NCBI GenBank assembly: GCA_965140415.1
Contig: OZ223209.1
Coordinates: 3,232,001 to 3,296,000, forward strand
DNA length: 64,000 nt
DNA from: Myxococcota bacterium
GTDB taxonomy: Bacteria; Myxococcota_A; SURF-8
Direction: 5' to 3'
In this document: piece by piece, positions 46,501-55,076 of the stretch
Numbering within the stretch: the first letter of the stretch is position 1
Layout of the letters: each line of letters begins with the position of its first letter
Program-made: the position numbers and the translations under genes
The notes under the pieces: model-generated
What the model saw: the letters and a program-made list of their open reading frames with translations, nothing else
Databases searched by the model: none
What the model was told of the DNA's origin: nothing

Positions 46501-49500
46501 CGGACACATCGATGCGAATCGTGTTGTCGCCAAGTTGCAAGACCATTGGCAGGTAAAAATCGTTTTCCGTGGCGTCATAAGTCGCGGCTACCGCCTCCGC
46601 AGCATTCAAGGAAACGGTCGGAGACAGCGTATCCGCCGTATCAACATCATCCGTTATTGCAAAGCGCAAGGTCTGCGCCGCTGCCGTAACAAGCGGATCC
46701 GGCGCTGTGACCTGGATAACCGGAAGTTGATTGTCTACATAGGAGATCGTCACTTCCAGTTCGCCTTCATTGCCCTGCGGATCGGCAGCGAAAATGGAAA
46801 CGGCATTGTCCCCGAGTGCAAGTGTCAACTCGCCGGTAAACGTTCCCAGCAGCGGCTCGTAGGTACAGCTAACGCGCTCCCCTTCGCCTATTGCGGCTTC
46901 AACCACAAGTTCATCGTCGCCGAAAATGTCGTGAGCGGTCCCCTTGATCGTCACTGCCGCGCGATGCACGATCAACTCATCCGGCGGGGAAACCGTCACC
47001 ACTCCATCCGTAACGGAAGTGAGAGTGATTTCAGGCGGATCGACATCGACCAGTTCCAGCGGATGTATCACCGCCTCGCTCACGTTCTCGGCCAGATCCT
47101 TGGCCTGCACCGTGATGATATTGTCTCCCAGCTTCGGTAACGTGATTTCAACTGCAAATTCGCCGTTCTCACCAAGTTCCGTTCCCAATACAGCGTACGA
47201 TTCGCCATCGGTCACCACGATTTGAACTCCGAGAATTCCTACATTGTCCGTTGCCAAGCCGGTGAGCGTCTGCACGGCTTCCGTAACTTGCGGTCCCATC
47301 GGACCGGTGACTTGCACCACGGGCGGTGTATCGTCAGTCAGCGTGACATCGCCGCTGTCGGATGCGGTCGCCCCGCGTTCATCGGTAACGGTCGCCACTA
47401 CGGTATTCAATCCCAGAGCAAGCAGAACATCCCCAGTAAACGTGCAACCGGCTTCACCGCCCGTAACGATAGCAGCGACGCCCTCCCCTTCTCTGACTCG
47501 CAAAGAAACGGTGGCCGCTTCGCAACTGCCATCGGGATCGGTAATGACACCGGAAACCGACAACAGCGGTTCCGTTACCGAATCGGGCAACGCATCCAGC
47601 TTGATGGTCGGGGCGCGATTGGCGCTTTCCTCGGAAAGATAAGCAGGCAAACCGGTCAATATGACACCGGCGGAAACGCCATCGCCGTTTTCCGTATTGT
47701 TGGTTTTATCTAACTGACCATCTTCATCCAGATCGATATCCACATCATCTTTTAACAGCGCCAAAGGAGCGATGTTCCCCAGCGCCTCCAACGGCTGGGC
47801 CAGCACCGAACAGGGAATCACACCGCCTAATAAGCCGTCTTTCAAATCGATTCCGCCCGAACGCAGGGCGCTCTGTTCGATAATGCCGGAGATCTGGGTT
47901 TCGTTGATCGTTAACGAAATCATGGCCCCTTCATCCCCCATGGGAATGGCCAAGGTAAAGACGGCAGGTCCACCTTTTAGATGAGCCACGCCATCCTCAT
48001 CCGCCCAGATATCCACACGGTCGAAATGAATCAACAGTTCCCCGTCCTCGTTAAAGGACATCGGATCGATACCGAACATTTCGGAACCACTGAAGTTATC
48101 CGTGTAATCGTCGTCCAGATCCGTGCCCATATAGCCATCCAGAGAAACCGCACCGCTTTCTCCCGGAGCAGGCAGATTGGTCAATCCGCGCAGCTTGAAC
48201 ACCAGAATCACCGATCCTTTGTCCACCGCATCTTTCAATGAGCCATTCGCCAGCGTTCCCAGCGAAGCCACGCCATTATCCGGGTCGGGATCGCCTTCCG
48301 GGCTACGCCCTTCATCGAGGTTGAAGCCTTGGGTTTCATCTCCGATCTGCACCATGTTCAGCACCAGCACCGGGTCGTCGTCGATATCCGGGCCGGTGAA
48401 GTCCGCGACGAGCGGCTCCTCTTCCTGTTCGCCATCGCCATCGGGCAGATCGCCGTCGATATCCAAATCTCCGGCGAATTCCGAATCATCGTCGCCATCC
48501 GGCACGATAAAACCGCTTTCACTATCCGAACAACCGACCGCCAGCAGCATTGGAAGCAGGAACAAGAAGAGCAGTCCCATCCAGGGCGAATCGACTCCGT
48601 GGCGACGCCGCCGCCAGAAAACTCCCAGCAGCGCAAAGGCGGCGGTCAACAACAGCAAGGAACCATCCGTATCCTGGCTCTGACAACCCAGACAACCGGA
48701 TAAATCCCCGAAAGCATCGAAAATCGAACCACCGGTCGGTTCACTCGCACCGCTAAGCACCGTACTTTCACCGGTCAGTGCATCGTATTGAATCTTCATC
48801 GTGGCGTAGCTGACGTGCGGTTCGTTATTGCCATCCAGGAAATTGTAATCGGTCACGAAAACCCGCAGCATGTTTTCACCATCGGTCAACAGGCTTTGCG
48901 CAATCGTTCCCTCCCAGTAAAGCCCTTCGGCATTGGGCAGAGCGGAAACCGTGATGGAACTGAACTCCACCAGAGGAGTAGCCGGGTCGGTCACCGGGCC
49001 GATGAAGGTTTGAATGCTCGCATTGACGGCATTGGCGGATACGCCCAGACCATTCACGATCCCGGAGAAGGGCAAATCGCCGCTATGGACGTCGTTTGGC
49101 GCGGTGATATAGATACTCGCCTGCAAGTCGCCCATCATGTCGATGAATTCGGCATTCGGATCGATTACGCTCAGTTCCGCAATACGCATGCCGCTGCCAG
49201 GCAGATCGATGGAACCGTAAGAGGACATGAACATCGGCAATACCAGATCGATCAAGGTCGGCACCGCCGCGCGTAAGGTCGTTTCATTCAACACGAAGGC
49301 CGACCAGAGCAGATCCGTATACACTTCCGGATCGGCGAGTTCCACTTCGACCTTATCCACTTCCGGGATGCCTTCGGAAGCCACATAACGAAGCGTGGCA
49401 TCGGCATACAATTCGATGGCGATATCGAACATGGCGGTTTCATACTCGCCATCACCATTGGTGTCGCCGTAGAAAGACATGACCATGTCGCCCGCACGCG

Positions 49501-52500
49501 CACGAATGCCATCCGGGTCCTGGATGCCCTCGACCGTGATCGGCAGCATAGGATGAAGCTGGATGATCATCGGCGTTCCGGTCGGAACGATTTGCTGAAC
49601 ATCCGTGCGATTCGGATTGGCCAATTCAGGAATAAAGATAGAGAAGGACGCCGTATCCAAGGAAAGCGCATCCCCCACGGTTTCCTGATCGATCGTCATT
49701 TCCAGGGTTCCCTGTGCCCATTCGCTGTAAATCAGGTAGTTGACCAGATCGTCGTTCAGCGCCACTTCCAAGGTTCGCGCCAAGCCATTCTGATCGACCA
49801 TGACCAGTTGCGGGCGACTGGCCGCATCGGGATTGGGGGTGATCAACGAACCCGGGGAATCGTAGATATCCTGTGCTGGAGGATAAGTGACCGGGTCCAG
49901 ACAGGGCAGGAAGTCATCCGGGTCTTCGGTTTCATCATCCGACTTGTCGGTAAACGCCGTCGGATCGGGACAGGGATTGCCGTAGAAATCGAGCCAGAAC
50001 TTCAACCCACTGACATCATTACTGATACTGGCGATATACAGTGCAAAGCTCGTATTTTCCTCTTCCATAAGTGGCGCAGCCAGGGCATCGCCCAGGTTGC
50101 CAAGTATGGAATCGATTTCGTTCGTAAAGGCATCGACCATGGCGTCGCGAATGGCGTCCATGGCCAAATCTAGAACCCATTCCGCGAAATCGCAATCTTC
50201 CAGTTCAAGAGTGAAATCACTTAACGTGACAGTGACCGATCCCGGTATCGAAACCAAAGCCGGACCGTCGGTACCATCCACGAAGTCCGCTTTCAAAGAG
50301 ATGGTCGCCGGGCGCGCCCTGGCATAGGCTTCACTGCCGAACCAGCAGGCCCAGTTCGAATTCATGTACATATCGACGTGCAGGTAATGGATGACCATCG
50401 TGATATCGACGTGCCCATCATTATCGATGCCCATCAATACAGTCACGCTCTGATCGCAGTTATAACGGCAACGGGGCGGATTCATGACACCGGAAGGACC
50501 ATCATAGCGGTGACCGCTACCAGGATCGCAAAACGCGAGGCCGGTTGCATCCATCGAAATGCCCGCCTCGGAAACCGATTCGTCGATCATTTCCGATCCG
50601 TCCATGGCTTCCACCTCCGTTTCCACCATGGCGGTGAAATAGCTGAGTACAGACTCCGCCAGCCCCATACCGGCTCCGTTTTTGCCGATATCGCCTCGCA
50701 GCAGGTAGTCGCCGGTCAACGCACCCTGAATGTTCAGGTTGTCGTTGGCCAATTCATCCGTGGCTGTAACACGCAACAACTGCAAACCGCCGGTATTGAA
50801 CGCCTCCTGTGGGATAGTGAACTCGAAGTCTGCATAATCGTTGCTCGTGGTAACGGGCAGATCCTGACCGTCGAATTGCACGGTTACAGCCGAAGTACCG
50901 GTGTATAAATCGGTTGCCTGCCCCGTAACCAGAATGCTGCTCGTTCCATCGTAGTTTCCCAACTCGGGAGCATTGAACTGGCCGGAACTGGAAACGTGCG
51001 CTCCGCGCCGGAATCCGTTCAAGCTGATTTCCGGTCCTTCTACATCCTGATGCACCGTGATGGCATGCTGCGCCTCATTACCTGCGCCATCTCGGGCGCT
51101 GGCGGTAACGCCATTGGCTCGCGGAATCAGCGGCAACGGTCCAAGCTGGAAGCTGCCGTCTGTGACAGTTGCCTCATAGCCGTTTACCCAGACGCCTTCG
51201 ATACCGCTTACGGCATCGGAAACCGTACCGGAGATAATCACCGTGGGAGCGTTAGTCACCACGCCATCCACGCCATCTTCCGGCAGGAAGACATAGCCAT
51301 CCCGGAAAACACGAGTGATTTCAATGACTGGAGCAACTGTATCCATCGTCACCACCAAATCGACGGTTACCAGGTTACCTGCGGTATCCTGAGCGACGAC
51401 TTGAAGCGTGTTTTCTCCTTCCGCCAGTTCCCAGTCGGGCACGGAGAAGGAGTCACCCTGTTGCAGGCTTCCATCGGGTACGCCGTTCAAACTGACAATG
51501 CGAACGGTTTCGCTGATGCCGATGATCCAAGTGTATGGAGACGTGTTGACAAACGGATCGGAAAGCAGAGTCAAGACGGGATCGATGAAATCCCCCACGA
51601 TAGTCACGGGGCCGGCGTCGGTGGTATTTCCCGCCAGATCGACCGCCTGAGCACTAAAGGTATTCTCTCCTTGCTCAATCGTGACTTCGATCTGCCAAGT
51701 TCCGGCTGAACTGTCGTAGCTCGCCGTTTCACCATTGACGCTTACGCTCTCTATGCCGTATCCATCCGAAGCCGTTCCACCGATAACTACGGTGGATTGA
51801 TTGGTCGGACTCGCTACCGGATCGATGGCAATGGCCGGAGCAGTCGCATCGTAAGTTACTGAAATCTGAACGGCTTCACTGATATTTCCCGCCAGATCCC
51901 GGGCCGTTGCACTTACGGAATGCACCCCTTCACCGGAGAACGTAACATCCGCGCCCCACAGCCATTGCCCGCTTCCCATATCGATTAGCTGGGCGGCATT
52001 GCCCTGCACCAGCACTTCCACGACATCATGAAGATCCGTAGCCGTTCCCGAGAATTGAGTCGGGCTTTGGTTCAGGTAGTCTCCTTCCAAGGGACTGTCG
52101 AAAACGATTTCCGGAGATATCGTATCCAGAGTAATCGTTGCCGGTTCGCTGAATGCACCGATTCGGCCCAAGGCATCGGCAGCACGTGCAGTAAACGAAT
52201 TCTCGCCCTCCTGGAGTTGAACGAGAGCAGCGAAACTACCATCGGGGTAGACATTGACATCGGCTGCGATCAGTTGATCCTGTAACCAGATTTCGACCAC
52301 GCAATCGTCGAGGGACTGGTCATCGGCCACTACACCACTGATGGCAAAGGTACTGTCGTTCGTAAGAACACCATCGTCATCGAGCGTCACCACCGGAGAC
52401 GCATTCAAGCCATCGAAAACGATGTGCCCGGCAGCGCGTCTGGCTGCCAATACGGCATCGCCAATCGTGAAATCGGCATTGGGTTGCGGGTTCGGGCGCA

Positions 52501-52756
52501 CCCGATGCGGATATGGATCGGCAGGATCGGACAGTAACTCTCCCGGCGCGACATCTCCTCGGGAGACATCCTGTTCCGTCGCTTCCGTTTCACCGGCAAT
52601 CAATTCAAATGCCCGTTGCACGTCCAGTTCATCAACCCCAACTGGATCGACGAGATCGGTCAGTTCATCTGCCGTAGGATCTTCCGCCAACACTGGAAAG
52701 GCCCCAAGCATAAACCAACCCAATAGAATCGCGATTACAGATAGATTCCGGACCAT
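43598..52756 (-). CDS. Giant (~3050 aa) multidomain surface protein, apparent polyprotein. Order: signal peptide, dockerin-like, Ig-like repeats, BPI/LBP-like, internal CTERM-like anchor plus lipoprotein signal, duplicated unknown domain, Ig-like repeats, cohesin-like
   Basis: Single uninterrupted ORF with RBS AAGGAGG before ATG 52756; many ..GxNx....AxDxxGN Big repeats; internal GCLGCQS-TM-WRRRRH-TM-LAVG-C. Confidence 0.88.
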   Translation of the reverse strand: MVRNLSVIAILLGWFMLGAFPVLAEDPTADELTDLVDPVGVDELDVQRAFELIAGETEATEQDVSRGDVAPGELLSDPADPYPHRVRPNPQPNADFTIGDAVLAARRAAGHIVFDGLNASPVVTLDDDGVLTNDSTFAISGVVADDQSLDDCVVEIWLQDQLIAADVNVYPDGSFAALVQLQEGENSFTARAADALGRIGAFSEPATITLDTISPEIVFDSPLEGDYLNQSPTQFSGTATDLHDVVEVLVQGNAAQLIDMGSGQWLWGADVTFSGEGVHSVSATARDLAGNISEAVQISVTYDATAPAIAIDPVASPTNQSTVVIGGTASDGYGIESVSVNGETASYDSSAGTWQIEVTIEQGENTFSAQAVDLAGNTTDAGPVTIVGDFIDPVLTLLSDPFVNTSPYTWIIGISETVRIVSLNGVPDGSLQQGDSFSVPDWELAEGENTLQVVAQDTAGNLVTVDLVVTMDTVAPVIEITRVFRDGYVFLPEDGVDGVVTNAPTVIISGTVSDAVSGIEGVWVNGYEATVTDGSFQLGPLPLIPRANGVTASARDGAGNEAQHAITVHQDVEGPEISLNGFRRGAHVSSSGQFNAPELGNYDGTSSILVTGQATDLYTGTSAVTVQFDGQDLPVTTSNDYADFEFTIPQEAFNTGGLQLLRVTATDELANDNLNIQGALTGDYLLRGDIGKNGAGMGLAESVLSYFTAMVETEVEAMDGSEMIDESVSEAGISMDATGLAFCDPGSGHRYDGPSGVMNPPRCRYNCDQSVTVLMGIDNDGHVDITMVIHYLHVDMYMNSNWACWFGSEAYARARPATISLKADFVDGTDGPALVSIPGSVTVTLSDFTLELEDCDFAEWVLDLAMDAIRDAMVDAFTNEIDSILGNLGDALAAPLMEEENTSFALYIASISNDVSGLKFWLDFYGNPCPDPTAFTDKSDDETEDPDDFLPCLDPVTYPPAQDIYDSPGSLITPNPDAASRPQLVMVDQNGLARTLEVALNDDLVNYLIYSEWAQGTLEMTIDQETVGDALSLDTASFSIFIPELANPNRTDVQQIVPTGTPMIIQLHPMLPITVEGIQDPDGIRARAGDMVMSFYGDTNGDGEYETAMFDIAIELYADATLRYVASEGIPEVDKVEVELADPEVYTDLLWSAFVLNETTLRAAVPTLIDLVLPMFMSSYGSIDLPGSGMRIAELSVIDPNAEFIDMMGDLQASIYITAPNDVHSGDLPFSGIVNGLGVSANAVNASIQTFIGPVTDPATPLVEFSSITVSALPNAEGLYWEGTIAQSLLTDGENMLRVFVTDYNFLDGNNEPHVSYATMKIQYDALTGESTVLSGASEPTGGSIFDAFGDLSGCLGCQSQDTDGSLLLLTAAFALLGVFWRRRRHGVDSPWMGLLFLFLLPMLLAVGCSDSESGFIVPDGDDDSEFAGDLDIDGDLPDGDGEQEEEPLVADFTGPDIDDDPVLVLNMVQIGDETQGFNLDEGRSPEGDPDPDNGVASLGTLANGSLKDAVDKGSVILVFKLRGLTNLPAPGESGAVSLDGYMGTDLDDDYTDNFSGSEMFGIDPMSFNEDGELLIHFDRVDIWADEDGVAHLKGGPAVFTLAIPMGDEGAMISLTINETQISGIIEQSALRSGGIDLKDGLLGGVIPCSVLAQPLEALGNIAPLALLKDDVDIDLDEDGQLDKTNNTENGDGVSAGVILTGLPAYLSEESANRAPTIKLDALPDSVTEPLLSVSGVITDPDGSCEAATVSLRVREGEGVAAIVTGGEAGCTFTGDVLLALGLNTVVATVTDERGATASDSGDVTLTDDTPPVVQVTGPMGPQVTEAVQTLTGLATDNVGILGVQIVVTDGESYAVLGTELGENGEFAVEITLPKLGDNIITVQAKDLAENVSEAVIHPLELVDVDPPEITLTSVTDGVVTVSPPDELIVHRAAVTIKGTAHDIFGDDELVVEAAIGEGERVSCTYEPLLGTFTGELTLALGDNAVSIFAADPQGNEGELEVTISYVDNQLPVIQVTAPDPLVTAAAQTLRFAITDDVDTADTLSPTVSLNAAEAVAATYDATENDFYLPMVLQLGDNTIRIDVSDLSGNAAFSEGVIELQDENPPSLTVTAPENGAETMETGVEVVGTVADDIALAAVPLSITVGSESYQPVIEESGAFSQWVELELGANEITVLASDLSGLTTEILLNVTRIDPDAPSMIDLSADPQTILVQGAQSVLTVTVERNAGGPVPAGTEVQFELDPTTLGELSASSVATTDASGIVTVTFTSYDDPGAVLVTASAGDLSDSTTIQIAEPTLSELQICTDGTQSFAGAHMSVSYSGDANLMTPTADALVSSALADGFYTHATQQDAPQLLWAGTSLVATAGEIGRFSWPVDSGVPEQDEFSIDNETVSDLLGVTADGEGFSVCGLENQLGDLPPVVDIDPQPARVTDPNITLTATVQDSDLSTCVGTLSINGQEQTVDVSTGQISESVTLQPGSNSLLLSVRDTNDQVGQDSVSVFYEAPNDLPELAVTYPGTTTAEASVVVTGTISDDGPLSDVTVRVRIGSGDWVACTIDEGAGTWQSDASLALAMGVNALRAEATDGLGGTTTISLNVRRVEPVTPPVITLTAPQNGQDFNTNPVEVSGTVAEGGNPAQITLSLTLNGDTHSINWDYFNRSFSASVVLADGENVLVIRAEDFTGGYDEESVTVTFTAPDDPPTVTITSPQDGASLAAGEVQVTGIIADDRALSTLQSFAVNGVYVMLDNESGMTSTWSALVPLVEGQNVLVASATDARGNVGDDSITISNVAPPAIVLNVVQIGGAADGFNVDQIGNLGDLAVDNALTGLGSLANPILADKIVDPEDPLLMILELTGLAELPGPGDPPVVVTINGYIGVDLDADSSDNFSGTETFAIDPSSYDEETGLPMIRFKNVEIVNDFGQVRLNTYPDQPARFSLSLDTGETALDMNVEPAYIDATFASGANGVSMNESLLGGVVPAGNLAVELDLDGQMINPLEILIRDDPADPIPDVDLNDDGVLATNPETDAIPENPDGVSVGINVAGVPCLIQR

Positions 52757-52825
52757 CAGTCGCCTCCTTGCAATGAAGACCGATTGCATTTTGTGTTACC
52801 GATAAAACGATTGCAGTCTCTTACC

Positions 52826-52853
52826 ACTATATCGAAGAGAACGTGCTTTTCAA
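52826..52853 (-). promoter_or_regulatory. Putative sigma70 promoter of the giant ORF
   Basis: Minus strand TTGAAA-N16-TATAGT. Confidence 0.4.
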
Positions 52854-52914
52854 CCGGAAATCGAGCTTCTTTGTAGTTTTACGGCAAGTAGACAGAAAAA
52901 AGGTGTGGACTGGG

Positions 52915-53259
52915 TCAGTCATCCATACCCGGAGTACGTCGCAACCGCTTTTTCTGTCCGTGTAATTGCTTGGCTGCCAGTCGGCGACGAATTGAATTTC
53001 TTGTGGGATTTGTGGCTTTGCGGGTTTTACGAGGGCGATTCAACTGCTTGAGTCGAACGATCAGACGCTGAAAGGCCATTTCCAGATTCTGGTTTTGAGA
53101 ACGGCGCTCCACCGCGATTACCGTCAACCCCGAAGGCGGATGAAACAAGCGTACGCCGGTTTCACTGGTATTGCGATGCTGCCCACCCGGACCGCTGGCC
53201 CGGAAAAAGCTTACCTCGCATTCGCGTTGCAGGGTTTCACGATCCGTACTGTAACTCAT
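52915..53259 (-). CDS. ArfB-like peptidyl-tRNA hydrolase (ribosome rescue, release-factor GGQ domain)
   Basis: RASGPGGQHRN, RSQNQN, basic C-terminal tail. Confidence 0.85.
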   Translation of the reverse strand: MSYSTDRETLQRECEVSFFRASGPGGQHRNTSETGVRLFHPPSGLTVIAVERRSQNQNLEMAFQRLIVRLKQLNRPRKTRKATNPTRNSIRRRLAAKQLHGQKKRLRRTPGMDD

Positions 53260-53344
53260 GGCGACACTTTCAACATTCTGTTTTTACTTGCCTTTTTCAG
53301 ATTAGTTCCCAATCAATTTTCGCGATATGTCCTTTTTTGATTTC

Positions 53345-53507
53345 TGTAGCGGCGGAGCGTCCGCTCGCCGACGCGTAGCATGGGTCAAGCGGAGGGAAAC
53401 GAAGCTTGCCCATGTAGCCCTCGAACACGGGCAAACCTGCGGTTTAGCCCGCGCCACCCGGAAATCAACTAGTTTTTTCGGCTTATGCCTCGCCGTTACA
53501 AAAAGAC
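53345..53507. repeat. Repeat family A, copy 3 (most complete; ends form an inverted pair)
   Basis: TGTAGCGGCG...CGCCGTTACA enclosing the family A core. Confidence 0.85.
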
Positions 53508-53558
53508 GTTGCTAATGATGAATGATGACTCCTCACCTTCTTCATTCTTCTGGGCAAC

Positions 53559-53999
53559 CTAACTCCGATCAAATTCGGGAGCGATGGGAACCGTCGTGGG
53601 CGCGAAGGTGCCCGCGCCGGTTGCGACAAGCCTCCCGGAAGCGGTATGGACCTGCATCTCGGCAGTAGCAATGCGTTTTCCAAGCCGCACCAGTTTGCCG
53701 GTAGAAATCAACTTCTCCTGCTTGACATGCTCCAACAATCGCACCTGAAACTCCACCGTGGCAATCCAGGTGTCATAGTGTGGCGCAACGGTAAACCAGC
53801 CGGCATTATCGAGCAAGGTGGCGAATACTCCCCCATGCACCCCATTCAAGGCATGATCGAAGTTTTCATTATATGGCAACTCGAAACAGGCGTTGCCATC
53901 GGCATCATAAGAGATTTCCATTCCAAACGCCTTTTTGATGGGCGCTCGATTGAAAAGCGCAACAAATTGCTCCCGTCGCTGTTTTAGATCCTGCACCAT
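53559..53999 (-). CDS. PaaI-family thioesterase
   Basis: NGVHGGVFATLLD, ATVEF, GKLVRLGKR. Confidence 0.9.
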   Translation of the reverse strand: MVQDLKQRREQFVALFNRAPIKKAFGMEISYDADGNACFELPYNENFDHALNGVHGGVFATLLDNAGWFTVAPHYDTWIATVEFQVRLLEHVKQEKLISTGKLVRLGKRIATAEMQVHTASGRLVATGAGTFAPTTVPIAPEFDRS

Positions 54000-54139
54000 C
54001 CCAAAACAACCTTTCCAAAGTCGATGTACTTGCCGAATCGCTCCCTACCATGCCGACGGGCAGCAGCCGATGTCAAGCAAATCCTGCCTGATTGCCGGGT
54101 TTTCGTCATCACCAATTCACCTATTTTCTGCTACACGGC

Positions 54140-55000
54140 AGTTTTCCACAATCAATATCCAGGTAATAGAAAGGACATTTTATTGTCTATTTTCTATCAG
54201 TTAAATTAACTATCCACGAGTTATCCACATTCTCCACAAGGGTTTTTCACACAGCTTATCCACAAGTTATCCACAATTCAAGAAATCGAAATTCCTACAT
54301 TCATGACAGATTCGTTCTTTCTAGCCCACATCCACTTAAAAGAACTGTTTCCATTTTCACTTTTACTCACACAACCAGGATAAGGAATCCAATCAAATGC
54401 AATCGTGAAAAACGTTCTTTTTTCCACCTGATAAGCAGTTATTTATAATCTTTGTTGTTTTCCATAAACCAGCAAAAGGGATGCAACCTTGTATTACACG
54501 TAATACATAACACGTTTTTCCATTTGATTTTACTAGAGAAGCGATACCCCGATCCCGCCACAGGCCTATATTTGATGCGGAACAAATCAAACTTCGACAA
54601 TCGGTATCAATCAAATTGAACCGATGTATCATATCTGTATCATGAATGCGATTACATTGAAGAGATCGACCTGCTTCATGCAGTTGATTCCATCCCTAAA
54701 AGCAAATCAGGACAATCATACTCTGAATAGAATATTCTTATTATCACAATCTGGCCAGAACAGACCACCCATATTTGCGACATTCATAGTCCGTTTTTCC
54801 TGTTGAATTCACCTCCTACCAGCTCACAAAACGAAGTGCCTCAAATCCCCTCTTTTGGGAAACTCAAACTCTATAGATTAAAACTTAATTGTGGATAACT
54901 TGTGGATATCGTCATTTTAACAATTGTGAATAACGAATCTATAGACTTGTAATCACAAATGATTTCAGCACACTAAACCAGTATATCATCTGTGAATAAC
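54140..55000. other. AT-rich DnaA-box cluster (candidate oriC or DnaA-titration locus)
   Basis: TTATCCACA at 54221, 54256, 54267; near-matches at 54142, 54210, 54230, 54243; inverted TGTGGATAA at 54890, TGTGGATAT at 54901, TGTGAATAA at 54925 and 54991; ~1 kb without a credible gene. Confidence 0.75.
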
Positions 55001-55076
55001 GATTACAAATAGAAGGTTTTCCATAATTGACCGAGGATTTCCGCTGCCAGAATCCTCTAAGCATCTGAATGAACAA

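Noticed and set aside
54024-54806. Short ORFs in the AT-rich DnaA-box region, and 15712-15966
   Set aside because: They have atypical composition, no RBS or motifs, and overlap regulatory DNA.
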